A stretch of DNA of 64,000 bases, from NCBI GenBank assembly GCA_963663225.1, contig OY760142.1, forward strand, positions 64,001 to 128,000, read 5' to 3'. Positions within the stretch are counted from its first letter, which is position 1, and every line of letters starts with the position of its first letter. Under the pieces are notes generated by a model. The model was not told where the DNA came from and made no database searches. It saw nothing but the letters and a program-made list of their open reading frames with translations. This document shows positions 27,913-38,480 of this stretch, piece after piece. This DNA comes from Nitrospirota bacterium (GTDB taxonomy: Bacteria; Nitrospirota; UBA9217). The position numbers were made by a program, and so were the translations under genes.

Positions 27913-28875
27913 TTACAGCAACGATGGTGCTTCATGTATCCGTGCGTACAAATCAAAAATAATTCCTTCGCGCAATCCCCAATCGCTCACCATCATCGAC
28001 TGAACTCCAAAATAATCCATAATTTCCTGCACGATCAGGGAACCAGCCGGAATAATGTCTTCGCGTCCTTGCTCCAAGCCTGGCATGGTTCGTCGTTCTT
28101 CGAGAGTGCTTGTGCAGAGCCTGTTTGTAATCATGCTCACCGTTTCTTTTGACATGATGTAACCGTTAATTTTGTCTGGATCATATTCGGCAAGCTTCTG
28201 GTCAATGGCCGCAAGCGTAGTGATTGTGCCTGCAGTTCCGACGAACAATCCGGAATGATCATCCAGCATTTCAGGACATTTTTGCTGTAGCAACGTCTGC
28301 ACCCACGTTCGAAGATGTTGAATTTCATCAAGCAGAGGCGGATCATGTTTGATAAACCGTTCGGTGAGATAAACGGCGCCAAGCGGAAGACTTTTTATCA
28401 ACAAACCATTGTTGGAACTGGTCATAATGATTTCCGTGCTCCCGCCGCCAATGTCGATTACGAGTGCCGGCGTATTGAGGCTGCCTCTCCAAAGGCTCGT
28501 GTTTTTCAATACCTGCATGACGCCTATAAGGGTGAAGCGGGCCTCCTCCTCGCCGGATATTACTCTGATGACAAGTCCCGTTCTTTTTTCAACTTCCTCG
28601 ATAAATTTTTGGGCATTGGATGCAATTCTGAACGCGCTTGTGCCGACCACTGCAATATGATCAGCCCCATACCGCTGAATGCTGGCGGAGAAGTCAGACA
28701 GCGCGCGCAGAGAACGTTCTTCAGCATCCGGGGAAAATCTGCCCGTTCGGTCGATATCCTGTCCTAAACGGGTAATTTTTCGGCCTGAGTACAATTCACG
28801 AAATGTTCCCCCGGCTGCTTCCAGCACGAGCAAGCGGATGGTATTGGTACCGATGTCGATTCCGGCAAGAATCAT
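27913..28875 (-). CDS. Ppx/GppA phosphatase family protein
   Basis: IDIGTNTIRLL, ISGEEEA, DIGGGSTE, GLREG. Confidence 0.93.
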   Translation of the reverse strand: MILAGIDIGTNTIRLLVLEAAGGTFRELYSGRKITRLGQDIDRTGRFSPDAEERSLRALSDFSASIQRYGADHIAVVGTSAFRIASNAQKFIEEVEKRTGLVIRVISGEEEARFTLIGVMQVLKNTSLWRGSLNTPALVIDIGGGSTEIIMTSSNNGLLIKSLPLGAVYLTERFIKHDPPLLDEIQHLRTWVQTLLQQKCPEMLDDHSGLFVGTAGTITTLAAIDQKLAEYDPDKINGYIMSKETVSMITNRLCTSTLEERRTMPGLEQGREDIIPAGSLIVQEIMDYFGVQSMMVSDWGLREGIIFDLYARIHEAPSLL

Positions 28876-29324
28876 GAAAGGAGAAAATCTTTGAGTTTTT
28901 CGCTATAGACTCTAATGCGCATTGCAAGAAGCTTTGCGATGGTGAGAAGGACTTTAGCTGCGGTCTTTGGATCAAGATCAAGAAGTGCCTGAAAATCTTT
29001 GCGTGTCAAGGTAAGAAGATCGACTTGAGTTTCGGCCCGAGCGGTCACTTGTCTGTTCGTTTCCTGGATCAGGGCCAACTCACCGAAAAATTCTCCGGGT
29101 CCGAGCAGCAGCAATCCCATTTCTTCTCCCTCGCCTGCCATAAGGGAAATCCTGACTGTGCCTTTTTTTATAATATACAGTGCCTCAGCAGGCATATGCT
29201 CCGTAAAAATGGTAGTATTCTGCTTTATCTGCCGCTCCTGGAACATTTCAGCCAGCAGTTCGATTGATTCCTTGCTGCAACCTTTGAAAAGGGCTGAATT
29301 CTGCAAAAGCGCAAGGTTATCCAT
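28872..29324 (-). CDS. Stand-alone cyclic nucleotide-binding domain protein
   Basis: LYIIKKGTV, GEFFGELALI...RQVTARA; likely start MDNL at 29324. Confidence 0.87.
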   Translation of the reverse strand: MDNLALLQNSALFKGCSKESIELLAEMFQERQIKQNTTIFTEHMPAEALYIIKKGTVRISLMAGEGEEMGLLLLGPGEFFGELALIQETNRQVTARAETQVDLLTLTRKDFQALLDLDPKTAAKVLLTIAKLLAMRIRVYSEKLKDFLLS

Positions 29325-29452
29325 ACAATCTCTGGCTACTCCGTTCAAAATAATACGATTAGACGACATGCTGCATGTACGAAACGAGGATTCAATATTC
29401 CCGGCTGTAATTCTCGCACAGTAAGCAAGACAAACCAAAAAAAATTTTTAGT

Positions 29453-29481
29453 ATTATAGGTTCTGTAATTTTATTTGTCAA
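29453..29481 (-). promoter_or_regulatory. Consensus sigma70 promoter
   Basis: TTGACA-17 nt-TATAAT on the minus strand upstream of the cNMP-ppx genes. Confidence 0.75.
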
Positions 29482-29514
29482 GAAACAAAGAGTAAAGAAC
29501 AGGCAGGCAGCAGT

Positions 29515-30723
29515 TTATTGTTTCATGCAATTCCGAATTGCATCAATGATATGCTCTGCGACGCGTGATTTCGGCATGACGGGAAGTTTTGTTTCGTTGC
29601 CGGTCCGGTCGATTATCGTGACTGCGTTGGTGTCAACTCCGAAACCGGCTCCTGTTTGGAGCAGGTCGTTGGCAATGACCAGATCGAGGTTCTTTTTCTG
29701 CAGTTTGTTTACAGCGTTTTGCTCGATATTGTCGGTCTCAGCCGCGAACCCGACCAGCAGGCGAGTCCCTTTTATTTTTCCAAGTTGCAGCAGAATATCA
29801 TCTGTGCGTTCGAGCGGCACAGCGGTTGGAGCTTCATCCTTTTTGATTTTACGATTTGATGCTTCGACAGGCCGAAAATCAGAGACTGCCGCCGCCATAA
29901 TGACGACCTGAGCGCCGTCGATATTTTCCATGACAGCATCATGCATTTGTTTTGCGCTGACTACAGAAAGGAATTTCACTCCCCGGGGAGTTGCCAATGC
30001 GGTCGGTCCTGATATCAGGACGACTTCCGCTCCTCTGTCGCGGGCAGCTTCGGCAAGTGCGTACCCCATTTTCCCGGTGGAAGGATTGCTGATGAAACGA
30101 ACCGCATCAATGTATTCTCTGGTTGGTCCAGCCGTAATAAGAAAGCGCCTGCCGGCAAGATCGCGGGCCGCGAAGCGGGCCACCACTGCTTCCAGAATTT
30201 TATCGATATCCGCCAACCGTCCCTGCCCCACAGTCCCGCATGCAAGGTTTCCGACCCCTGGTTCGATAATATGAACTCCCAGATTTTTAAGAGCAAGGAT
30301 GTTCTTTTGCAGAATCGGATTGCGGTACATGCGCTCATTCATCGCCGGAGCAACAAGCAACGGGCAACCAAGCGCCATAATTGCAGAGGTAAGAGCGTCA
30401 TCCGCGATGCCGGAGGCAATTTTCCCGATAATATTGGCTGTTGCAGGAGCGATCAGTGCGAGGTCAAGGTTGTCGGTAAACTCAATGTGGCCGATAGGGA
30501 CTTTGTTATAATCGCCGAATTCATCACACATCACCGGTTGGCGGGAAAGAGCCTCAAAAGTAAGTCGCGGAACGAAACGCTCGGCGTTTTTTGTCATTAC
30601 GACATGGACTTCAGCGCCGCGTTCCGTAAGCTTGCGCAAAATCTCCACAGCCTTATATACGGCAATACCGCCGGTCACTCCGAGCAGAATGCGCTTTCCT
30701 GACAAAGAATTAGGCGATGACAT
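29515..30723 (-). CDS. coaBC: Bifunctional phosphopantothenoylcysteine decarboxylase/synthetase
   Basis: GVTGGIAVYK, APATAN, PAMN, TAGPTRE, N.STGKMG, GFAAET. Confidence 0.97.
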   Translation of the reverse strand: MSSPNSLSGKRILLGVTGGIAVYKAVEILRKLTERGAEVHVVMTKNAERFVPRLTFEALSRQPVMCDEFGDYNKVPIGHIEFTDNLDLALIAPATANIIGKIASGIADDALTSAIMALGCPLLVAPAMNERMYRNPILQKNILALKNLGVHIIEPGVGNLACGTVGQGRLADIDKILEAVVARFAARDLAGRRFLITAGPTREYIDAVRFISNPSTGKMGYALAEAARDRGAEVVLISGPTALATPRGVKFLSVVSAKQMHDAVMENIDGAQVVIMAAAVSDFRPVEASNRKIKKDEAPTAVPLERTDDILLQLGKIKGTRLLVGFAAETDNIEQNAVNKLQKKNLDLVIANDLLQTGAGFGVDTNAVTIIDRTGNETKLPVMPKSRVAEHIIDAIRNCMKQ

Positions 30724-30728
30724 AACAG

Positions 30729-31163
30729 CTACTCCTCTGTGTCTTCGGAAGCTTCGCTTTCATCGCTGCTTTCTGTTTCAGCATCTTCGTGGTCTTCAAC
30801 AAGGGGCTCTTCCCCTCCTTCTTCATCATGAGTTTCTGAAAGATAGGCGCTGAGTTCCTTGCGTATTTCTTCTTCCTTTGCCGAAAGCTGTTCTTCCATG
30901 CGGGCGCGTTCTTCCTGCTGCCGGAACTCTTCTTTTGCTTTTTTTGCCTCTTCTCCGGTAAGAACCGTCAGTTTCCCTGCAACTGCTTCTTCAAGGGCAA
31001 TGGTCGTGTCCTTGATGGAGCGCGTGGCGACCTGCAACGGTACGCCTGCGGACAGCTGCCGCACCCGCTGGGACGCGATATGGACAAGACGGAATTTCGT
31101 ATCGGCAATCGCATCCTGCATCTCGATCGGCAAACTTATCAAATCATCAGCTGTTTTTTGCAT
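30729..31163 (-). CDS. rpoZ: RNA polymerase omega subunit with acidic tail
   Basis: KFRLVHIASQRVRQL...TTIALEE; gmk-rpoZ-coaBC synteny; ATG at 31163 after GGAGG. Confidence 0.88.
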   Translation of the reverse strand: MQKTADDLISLPIEMQDAIADTKFRLVHIASQRVRQLSAGVPLQVATRSIKDTTIALEEAVAGKLTVLTGEEAKKAKEEFRQQEERARMEEQLSAKEEEIRKELSAYLSETHDEEGGEEPLVEDHEDAETESSDESEASEDTEE

Positions 31164-31186
31164 AGCATCCTCCTGGGTTGTTCGCT

Positions 31187-31795
31187 TCAGAACATCCGTT
31201 CTATCGACTCTCTGTTCATCAATGATGTCCGGCAACGCTCGGCAGTAATAATGGAACGAAGCTCAGTAAGCGCCCGGTCAAAATCGTGGTTTACAATAAG
31301 ATAATCATACATGGTGTAATCTTTAATCTCCTCACGCGCTCTTCGCATCCGCTTTTTTATCTCTTCGTCCTGATCAGACTTGCGTTTGCGAAGCCGTTCT
31401 TCAAGGATATCAAAAGAAGGAGGCATGATGAAGACATAGACCGCGGCAGCGTACTTCTGTTTTATCTGCTTGGCGCCCTGCGTATCAATATCCAGTATGA
31501 CATCGATGCCTTTGGTGATCATATCATCAAGCGCGCGCCTCGATGTGCCGTACAGGTTTGAATGGACTTCCGCCCATTCTGCAAAATCACCGGATTGCAC
31601 CATCTCTTGAAAACGCTCCACGGTCACAAAGTGATAGTCTCTGCCGTCAATTTCTCCCACCCGCGGTTTTCGGGTGGCAAAGGAAACCGAATGGGTAAGA
31701 TTTTCCAGAGATTCTGCAACGGCCCTGCACAGGCTTGTTTTACCTGCGCCTGACGGCGCGGACACCACAAAAAGCAATCCTTGTCTCTTGTTCAA
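31187..31795 (-). CDS. gmk: Guanylate kinase
   Basis: [34 protein letters not shown]. Confidence 0.97.
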   Translation of the reverse strand: MNKRQGLLFVVSAPSGAGKTSLCRAVAESLENLTHSVSFATRKPRVGEIDGRDYHFVTVERFQEMVQSGDFAEWAEVHSNLYGTSRRALDDMITKGIDVILDIDTQGAKQIKQKYAAAVYVFIMPPSFDILEERLRKRKSDQDEEIKKRMRRAREEIKDYTMYDYLIVNHDFDRALTELRSIITAERCRTSLMNRESIERMF

Positions 31796-32043
31796 GATTC
31801 ACCCCGGCCTGAAAATCGTTGCAACAGCGTCTCCACCTGCACCGCGGAAAGTATGACATGGTCACTGTCAGTGATAATGATGGCCCGTGTTTTCCGGCCT
31901 TGTGTCGCGTCAAGAAGCCTCTTCTGTTCTTTTGCTTCTTCCTTGAGACGGCGCATGGGAGCCGAATCCGGCGTAAGAACTGCAACAACCTTCGTTGCCA
32001 TTACCATGTTGCCATATCCGATGTTGACAAGATTATTCATCAT
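31792..32043 (-). CDS. remA: DUF370/RemA family protein
   Basis: [37 protein letters not shown]. Confidence 0.9.
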   Translation of the reverse strand: MMNNLVNIGYGNMVMATKVVAVLTPDSAPMRRLKEEAKEQKRLLDATQGRKTRAIIITDSDHVILSAVQVETLLQRFSGRGES

Positions 32044-32046
32044 AGG

Positions 32047-32934
32047 TCATTCAATATTTTGCACTTGTTCCCGTATTTTTTCAAGCTCTGCCTTCATGTT
32101 TACAACTTCAAGTGAAATCCGGGCGTTCATTGCTTTTGACGCTATCGTATTAACTTCGCGGTTCATCTCCTGCAACAAAAAATCAAGCTTTTTCCCGATG
32201 GATTCGCTTGAAGAGCCGCCCAGGAGAGAACAAAATTGCCGTACATGGCTGTCCAGCCGCGTCAGTTCTTCCGTAATATCAGTCCGTTCAGCCAGTATCG
32301 CGACTTCTTGCGCCAATCGTACCGGATCAGGTTGTTCATTCAGCAGTCTGGTCAGCGTTTCCGACATTCTTTTTCGTGCATTTTCGACCGTGGCAGGCGC
32401 AAGCTCCTGGACAGTCTTGCTCATCCGGGTGACGGCACCAAGTCGGATATTGATATCTTGCACGAGAACGGAGCCCTCTACAGTGCGCATGGTATCGAGT
32501 TCATCAAGGACGTGGGACAGACCGGAGGACAGGACTTTCCAAAGCTCTTCCGCATTCTCGTCCTCGGCAGCAAGCGTAAGCAGATCGCGAAAGCCGGCAA
32601 GCATCGTCAGATCCACATCCCCTTTGAGTTTGAATTTTTTCTTGATGTGCTTGAGTGCAGCGATATAGTTCGCCGCCATCTTCTCGTCAATCGCAATCCT
32701 GCCGTTTTTTTCGCGGTCCGTACCCGCGGTAATGTATACATCGAACCGTCCGCGGGAGAACCGGTCCTGAACGGTTTTTCTTATACGAGGTTCCAGCATG
32801 GCAAGACTGCGGGGTGCTTTTATTTGGATATCGAGGTAGCGGTTGTTGAGCGAACGAACCTCTATTGCGAAGCGACTCTCGCCGCTTTGGACCTCTGTCC
32901 GTCCGTATCCTGTCATGCTGCGTATCACTCTCAT
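32047..32934 (-). CDS. yicC: YicC/YloC family endoribonuclease
   Basis: SMTGYG, SLNNRYLD, DITEELTRL, KLDFLLQEMNREVNTIASK, REQVQNIE. Confidence 0.95.
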   Translation of the reverse strand: MRVIRSMTGYGRTEVQSGESRFAIEVRSLNNRYLDIQIKAPRSLAMLEPRIRKTVQDRFSRGRFDVYITAGTDREKNGRIAIDEKMAANYIAALKHIKKKFKLKGDVDLTMLAGFRDLLTLAAEDENAEELWKVLSSGLSHVLDELDTMRTVEGSVLVQDINIRLGAVTRMSKTVQELAPATVENARKRMSETLTRLLNEQPDPVRLAQEVAILAERTDITEELTRLDSHVRQFCSLLGGSSSESIGKKLDFLLQEMNREVNTIASKAMNARISLEVVNMKAELEKIREQVQNIE

Positions 32935-32956
32935 TGTTACCCCAATCGGTTCACGA

Positions 32957-32998
32957 CTGTCGATCTCTGCGACAGAGAATCTCTCGGCTCCTGCCGGA
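32957..32998 (+). repeat. Dispersed intergenic repeat, short copy
   Basis: ctgtcgatctctgcgacagagaatctctcggctcctgccgga; hairpin CTGTCG/CGACAG; matches both ends of 18785-18890. Confidence 0.7.
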
Positions 32999-33057
32999 GG
33001 GAACTCAGCTAGTATATATACTACCCGTCCGTAATTGTCAATGAACGGACACGATAA

Positions 33058-33444
33058 TTACACCCGTCCCTTCGTATAATCCTCTTCGGCCACCGGAGCA
33101 AAATAAAAGGTCCTGACATATACGTTAAAAAGAAAATGGACCTCGACTTCCCACATGGCGCTTATTCTCATCGTATGTCGGCTTTCGTCACGTTTGATCG
33201 CAAAGTTTTCTTCCTGAAGAGGCAGGTCAAGCTCTTTCGCTTTTTTGGCAAGGTCGGCCCTGATTTCCTCGTCTTTCAGCACTTGCGCGAGTCGAGCTTT
33301 TACGTTCATCTCGTCCTTCATCCGTTCAGAGTCCATGTACATCGGTATCAGCTTGTATCCTACATGGATGACGACAAATAAAAGCGCCAAAACTATAATT
33401 ACTTTTACTGAACCCGCACCGTTTTGATTCTTAAGCATACGCAT
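33058..33444 (-). CDS. DUF4845-like membrane protein
   Basis: Pilin-like N-terminus NQNGAG + TM + KLIPMY; directly after lepB. Confidence 0.7.
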   Translation of the reverse strand: MRMLKNQNGAGSVKVIIVLALLFVVIHVGYKLIPMYMDSERMKDEMNVKARLAQVLKDEEIRADLAKKAKELDLPLQEENFAIKRDESRHTMRISAMWEVEVHFLFNVYVRTFYFAPVAEEDYTKGRV

Positions 33445-33461
33445 CAGTAACTCCTGTCGGG

Positions 33462-34169
33462 TCATTTGATCAGAGTTCCGATCCGCTCCCATCGAATCCA
33501 GCGGTCCCCTCCATCCCATGACCAGTAAATAATAAGTGCCCGTCCTATGATCTTTTTGTAATTGACAAAGCCCCAGAAGCGGCTGTCCTGACTGTCATCG
33601 CGGTTGTCCCCCATGACAAACACCGATTCTTTCGGAACAAGTACCGGTCCGAAGTCGTACCCTGCCTGGTTTTTGTAGTACTGTATTTCATGCTTCACCG
33701 CTCCCAGCTGCTCTTCCAGGAGTTGGGCCTTGATTTCGTAATACCGGTCACCCATCTGCTTTTTATCGGTATATACTTCCTTTTCAGCGGTATTGACCGG
33801 CTGATCATTGATGAAAAGCCTGCCGTTTTTGATTTCTACTTTATCACCCGGCAGACCGACTACACGCTTGATAAAATCTTTTTTCTCATCCTCCGGATAC
33901 TTGAAAACGATAATTTCGCCGCGTTTCGGTTCCTTCCAGGTAAATATTCTGCTGTCCATAAAAGGAATCCGCGGGCCGTAAATAAACTTGTTTACCAGCA
34001 GATGGTCTCCTATCGTAAGGGTCGGTTTCATGGAGCCCGACGGTATTTTAAACGCCTCGACCCCGAACTGCCTGATGATCAGGGCGATGACCGCCGCAAT
34101 AAGGAATGGTTCGATCCATTCCTTGTAAAAAGTTTTTTTCTTCATGGTTTTTTCTTGATGTTCAGACAT
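33462..34169 (-). CDS. lepB: Signal peptidase I
   Basis: IPSGSM.PTL.GD, FIKRVVGLPGD, GDNRDDSQDSRFWG. Confidence 0.97.
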   Translation of the reverse strand: MSEHQEKTMKKKTFYKEWIEPFLIAAVIALIIRQFGVEAFKIPSGSMKPTLTIGDHLLVNKFIYGPRIPFMDSRIFTWKEPKRGEIIVFKYPEDEKKDFIKRVVGLPGDKVEIKNGRLFINDQPVNTAEKEVYTDKKQMGDRYYEIKAQLLEEQLGAVKHEIQYYKNQAGYDFGPVLVPKESVFVMGDNRDDSQDSRFWGFVNYKKIIGRALIIYWSWDGGDRWIRWERIGTLIK

Positions 34170-34285
34170 TCTGCCTCCAAAACCGGTGCCTTGTCCGAGC
34201 CGGCATGATAAAGTTCAAACAGGGATGTGTCGTTGCTAATCTGCACCACAGCGTTTTCCTTCCTGATGCAGTATAGCACAAGCGG

Positions 34286-36106
34286 TCATTCTCCTACCTT
34301 CAGAACTGCAAGAAACGCCTCCTGGGGAAGTTCAACGCTGCCCACCTGCTTCATGCGTTTCTTGCCTTCTTTCTGCTTTTCTAGAAGTTTACGTTTTCTC
34401 GTAATATCGCCGCCATAGCATTTTGCCGTTACATTCTTGCGGAGCGCTTTGACGGTTTCGCGTGCAATGACTTTGGCGCCGATCGCTGCCTGAATAACCA
34501 CCTCGTAGAGCTGCCGCGGAATAACCTCTTTGAGCTTTTCCGCAAGCTGCCTTCCTCGTATTGCGGCCTTGTCTCTATGGGTGATAAACGACAAGGCATC
34601 TACCGGTTCCCCGTTCAGCAGCATATCAAGCTTTACGAGATCAGACTCCAGATATCCGGAAAGCTCATAATCAAGCGAAGCATACCCTTTGGTAAGCGAT
34701 TTAAGCCTGTCATAGAAATCCATAACGATCTCATTCAGCGGCAGATCGTAGCTGATAAGCACCCGGTCTTTTGTAATATATGTGATTTCTTTCTGGATTC
34801 CCCGCCGTTCCTGGCACAATGCAATAAGCGGTCCGACGTACGACTCGGGAGTGATGATAGAAGCGGTAATTATCGGTTCCTCGATGTGTTGAATATCCTG
34901 AATCTTGGGCAATTTCGCCGGGTTGTCGACCATAACAATCTGACCGTCATTTGTCGTCACCCGGTATACCACTGTCGGGGCGGTAGGAATCAGCGCGAGT
35001 TTGAATTCACGCTCCAGCCGTTCCTTGACGATATCCATATGAAGCAGACCGAGAAACCCGCAGCGGAACCCGAACCCGAGTGCAAGAGACGTCTCCGGTT
35101 CATACGTAAAAGAGGAATCGTTTAAACGGAGTTTTTCAAGAGCGTCCCGCAGGTCTGCATAGTCATCGCTGATCATAGGATAGATGCCGGCGAAAACCAT
35201 GGGCTTGACGTCCTTGTATCCCGGCAGCGGCGCATCAGCGAGTTGCTCGGAGTCCATAATCGTATCGCCGACTTTGGCGTCTGCAATCCGCTTGATTCCT
35301 GCAATAATGTAGCCTACCTCCCCCTGCGACAACTTTTCCGTCTGTTTTTTCTGAGGAGTGAATATCCCGACGGACTGCACTTCGTATGTGGCCGCATTGG
35401 AGTAAAGTCTGATTTTTTGTCCGGACCGCACCGTCCCGTCCACCACCCGGACAAGAACCACCACTCCCTGATAAGCATCGTACCACGAATCGAACAGAAG
35501 CGCCCGGAGCGGCGCATCAGGTGCTCCGGATGGAGAAGGAATACGCTTCACCACAGCCTCAAGAATGTCGTGCGTTCCGATCCCCTCTTTCGCACTTGCA
35601 GGGATGGCGCCGCTGGAATCCAAACCGACCACATCCTCAATCTGCCGCTTTACCTCTTCTATGTTTGCGCTCGGCAGGTCGATTTTATTAATTACGGGGA
35701 CCATTTCAAGATTATGGTCGATGGCAAGGTAGGCATTGGCTAGAGTCTGCGCCTCCACGCCCTGCGATGCATCAACGACGAGGAGCGCGCCTTCACATGC
35801 GGCCATGCTGCGGGACACTTCGTAGGTAAAATCAACATGGCCCGGCGTATCAATCAGATTCAGAATATACTCCTGCCCGTCTGATGCGATGTATCGGAGA
35901 CTCACGGCGTGGGCCTTGATGGTAATACCCCGCTCCCGTTCCAGATCCATGTCATCGAGCACCTGATCTCCGCCGGCAGCTGCCATCTCGCGGTCTGAAA
36001 GCGCGCCGGTATACTCCAAAATTCTGTCGGCAAGAGTCGACTTTCCGTGATCAATATGGGCAATAATGCAAAAGTTTCTGATGTTCCGGCTTGACATAAG
36101 TCCCAA
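34286..36106 (-). CDS. lepA: Elongation factor 4
   Basis: [49 protein letters not shown]. Confidence 0.98.
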   Translation of the reverse strand: MGLMSSRNIRNFCIIAHIDHGKSTLADRILEYTGALSDREMAAAGGDQVLDDMDLERERGITIKAHAVSLRYIASDGQEYILNLIDTPGHVDFTYEVSRSMAACEGALLVVDASQGVEAQTLANAYLAIDHNLEMVPVINKIDLPSANIEEVKRQIEDVVGLDSSGAIPASAKEGIGTHDILEAVVKRIPSPSGAPDAPLRALLFDSWYDAYQGVVVLVRVVDGTVRSGQKIRLYSNAATYEVQSVGIFTPQKKQTEKLSQGEVGYIIAGIKRIADAKVGDTIMDSEQLADAPLPGYKDVKPMVFAGIYPMISDDYADLRDALEKLRLNDSSFTYEPETSLALGFGFRCGFLGLLHMDIVKERLEREFKLALIPTAPTVVYRVTTNDGQIVMVDNPAKLPKIQDIQHIEEPIITASIITPESYVGPLIALCQERRGIQKEITYITKDRVLISYDLPLNEIVMDFYDRLKSLTKGYASLDYELSGYLESDLVKLDMLLNGEPVDALSFITHRDKAAIRGRQLAEKLKEVIPRQLYEVVIQAAIGAKVIARETVKALRKNVTAKCYGGDITRKRKLLEKQKEGKKRMKQVGSVELPQEAFLAVLKVGE

Positions 36107-36191
36107 GATTCTCCGATACAGACGGCAGGCTCAGCATAAAAAATTATTGCCGATCAGCAGCCGTAAAAAATAGTGCGGCCATGTTTTAGAA

Positions 36192-37151
36192 TTATACGGT
36201 TTTCCACCCGCCCGCACTCTGAAGAGCTGCTGCGGCCGCTCCGACCATTCCAGCCTCATCTCCGAGCAAGGAAGGCACAATCTGGACCCTCTGAGCAGGC
36301 GTCAAAAAAGCCCGCCGCAGGACTTCTTCGTGGACAGAATCGATAAACAACGGCCAGGCATCCTTGATTCTGCCGCCCAGCACAATCATTTCAGGATTGA
36401 AAATATTGATCAGACTTGCCAGAGCAATACCGAGCATACGCCCCGCTTCTTTCATGACACGCCGGGCAGTCTGATCTCCTGCCTGAGCAATCAAATAAAC
36501 TTTTTCCGAGGTCATGGTATGCAAATCGTCCGCTGAAACCGACCCGCCTGCCGCCTCCCGGTAGCTCTGCACAATCCCGCGGGCCGACGCATACATTTCC
36601 AGGCATCCATTATTGCCGCATGAGCACAGCCTGCCGTTTGGAATCAGGGTAAGATGACCGATTTCGCCTGCCATCCCGTCTGCACCGTGCCAAATTTTTT
36701 TGTTTAAAACAATCCCGCCGCCCACACCGGTTCCGAGCGTAAGTAGTATCATGCTGTCAATGCCTTTGGCAGCACCCCGCCATTGCTCACCCAATGCCGC
36801 TGCGTTTGCGTCGTTTTCGATAAAAACAGGGAGATTAAGCCTGTGCTCCAATTTTTCCTTAAGCGGAAGATTATTCCAGTCGGGGAAATTGGGAGATTTT
36901 ACTACAACACCGGTATTCATTTGAATGACGCCGGGAGCGCCAACACCAACCACCTGGACAGTCATTCCTCGTGTTGCCGCTGCTTCTTGCTGCCGCGCAA
37001 TATTAGTTGCAATCCGATGTAAAACTTTTTCCCATCCCTCGGATGCATGAGTCGTCTCCTTGTGACACTCAAGGATATCGCCATCTGTGGTCAAAAGCGC
37101 CGTCCTTAAATTCGTACCGCCAAGGTCTACGCCAATAACTGCACGGGCCAC
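36192..37151 (-). CDS. ROK-family glucokinase
   Basis: GVDLGGT, ENDANAAALGE, GTGVGGG, GEIGH, CSCGNNGCLE. Confidence 0.93.
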   Translation of the reverse strand: MARAVIGVDLGGTNLRTALLTTDGDILECHKETTHASEGWEKVLHRIATNIARQQEAAATRGMTVQVVGVGAPGVIQMNTGVVVKSPNFPDWNNLPLKEKLEHRLNLPVFIENDANAAALGEQWRGAAKGIDSMILLTLGTGVGGGIVLNKKIWHGADGMAGEIGHLTLIPNGRLCSCGNNGCLEMYASARGIVQSYREAAGGSVSADDLHTMTSEKVYLIAQAGDQTARRVMKEAGRMLGIALASLINIFNPEMIVLGGRIKDAWPLFIDSVHEEVLRRAFLTPAQRVQIVPSLLGDEAGMVGAAAAALQSAGGWKTV

Positions 37152-37258
37152 CCCAAGCCTCCATAACTATTTAAAAAAATGAAATATTCTAAAAGATTTA
37201 TATAATAACATACCCGCGATTGATTGTAAATAATATTAATGTCCTTATCAGAAGACAA

Positions 37259-37666
37259 TCAGACGGTTGCTATAAGATAATACCAATTTAAGAGCACAAG
37301 CAACGGAACGCAAATTTTCAAAATATTTTTTGTCCTGGTTCTCAAGTGAACGTTCAATCCGGGGATATGCAGCATAATCGTGAAAATGCTGTACAGAAAA
37401 AACAGAACTGCAATTATTAAACAGAATGCAATCAAGGGATTGGATGCAATGGAAAGGAAAACGCTCCCTTGGGAAAGATACGTAATTGAACGAGAAGCGC
37501 CGCAGGCAGGGCAAGGCAGGCCCATGCAGTCATGGAGCGGACAGGAAGGCAAAAAATCCAGAAACGGGAAAAATCGGGCAACACAAAGGGCAAGAAGTGC
37601 TGTTCCACCGAACACAATGCCGAAGTCTCTTTGATCCTTGTTGCGTTGTCTCAAAAAAAGCCGCAT
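37259..37666 (-). CDS. DUF2752 membrane protein
   Basis: CP.....GLPCPACGASRS...NP plus TM helices. Confidence 0.82.
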   Translation of the reverse strand: MRLFLRQRNKDQRDFGIVFGGTALLALCVARFFPFLDFLPSCPLHDCMGLPCPACGASRSITYLSQGSVFLSIASNPLIAFCLIIAVLFFLYSIFTIMLHIPGLNVHLRTRTKNILKICVPLLVLLNWYYLIATV

Positions 37667-37682
37667 GCAGCAGTTCAGGTCC

Positions 37683-38447
37683 TCATTTATACATCTGCAT
37701 CATAGAACCGAATGAAGCAATAAGCGCCCCCATAAATAATACCATAATCATAACGAACAGACCAACGAAGCAGATAAGGGGGAAAAAAACAGCAAAAGCG
37801 GCCTTCCCGCCGCTGATTTCATGCGCCTCCCTCAAACCGATAATGGTAAGCACAACGGCCCATATGCCTGCGATGAAACTGCCGCAAAAAGGAATCAAAA
37901 ATATGACATCCACGCTGCAGCTATAGGCAACCACTCTGAACGTGGCCTCGAAACCGGCGCGCGCGCCTTTGACCAGCATGAGAAAAACATGCAGAATGCC
38001 GGAAAAAATAAAAAGACCCCCAATGATAAAAAACGGGGTAAAAAAAGCCTTCAAAAAAACACTGCTGTCTTGAAAGGGCTGCTGCCCTGCCGACGACATG
38101 ATTCCGGGCGGCATATAATCCTGCACCATCCCTTTGAATAAAATCTGCCAGAAATAAAGAGACATCGCGCCGACCATCCCGATTATCAGCGCAAACAGCA
38201 AAGGATTGGTCAGTCCTCCTGTCACGGGCATCTTGCGAAAAAACTCGACCGGAGTAAACAGCGCTCCTTTAATCGTCGCAAGCATTCCGGAGAAAAACCC
38301 GGCGGTTTCACGGTCTTCCCAAGGGGTCTTTGTTCTGCCCCCTGTGGATGGCAGCGGCCCGGAATCGGGCTGGGCAAGGCTCATGCCGCAATATTGACAA
38401 AATCCATGCCCTTCACCTATTTCTTTTCCACAGTGTGGACAAAACAT
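37683..38447 (-). CDS. Zinc-ribbon + Yip1-domain membrane protein
   Basis: MFCPHCG...FCQYCG, PWE, P..FF, FEATFRVVAY, five TM segments. Confidence 0.85.
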   Translation of the reverse strand: MFCPHCGKEIGEGHGFCQYCGMSLAQPDSGPLPSTGGRTKTPWEDRETAGFFSGMLATIKGALFTPVEFFRKMPVTGGLTNPLLFALIIGMVGAMSLYFWQILFKGMVQDYMPPGIMSSAGQQPFQDSSVFLKAFFTPFFIIGGLFIFSGILHVFLMLVKGARAGFEATFRVVAYSCSVDVIFLIPFCGSFIAGIWAVVLTIIGLREAHEISGGKAAFAVFFPLICFVGLFVMIMVLFMGALIASFGSMMQMYK

Positions 38448-38480
38448 GCAACCTCCCTAGAACAATCCATCTATTTTTCT

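Noticed and set aside
35965-35990. Small AAAGG insertion in the LepA G-domain
   Set aside because: A few residues in a loop; likely neutral.
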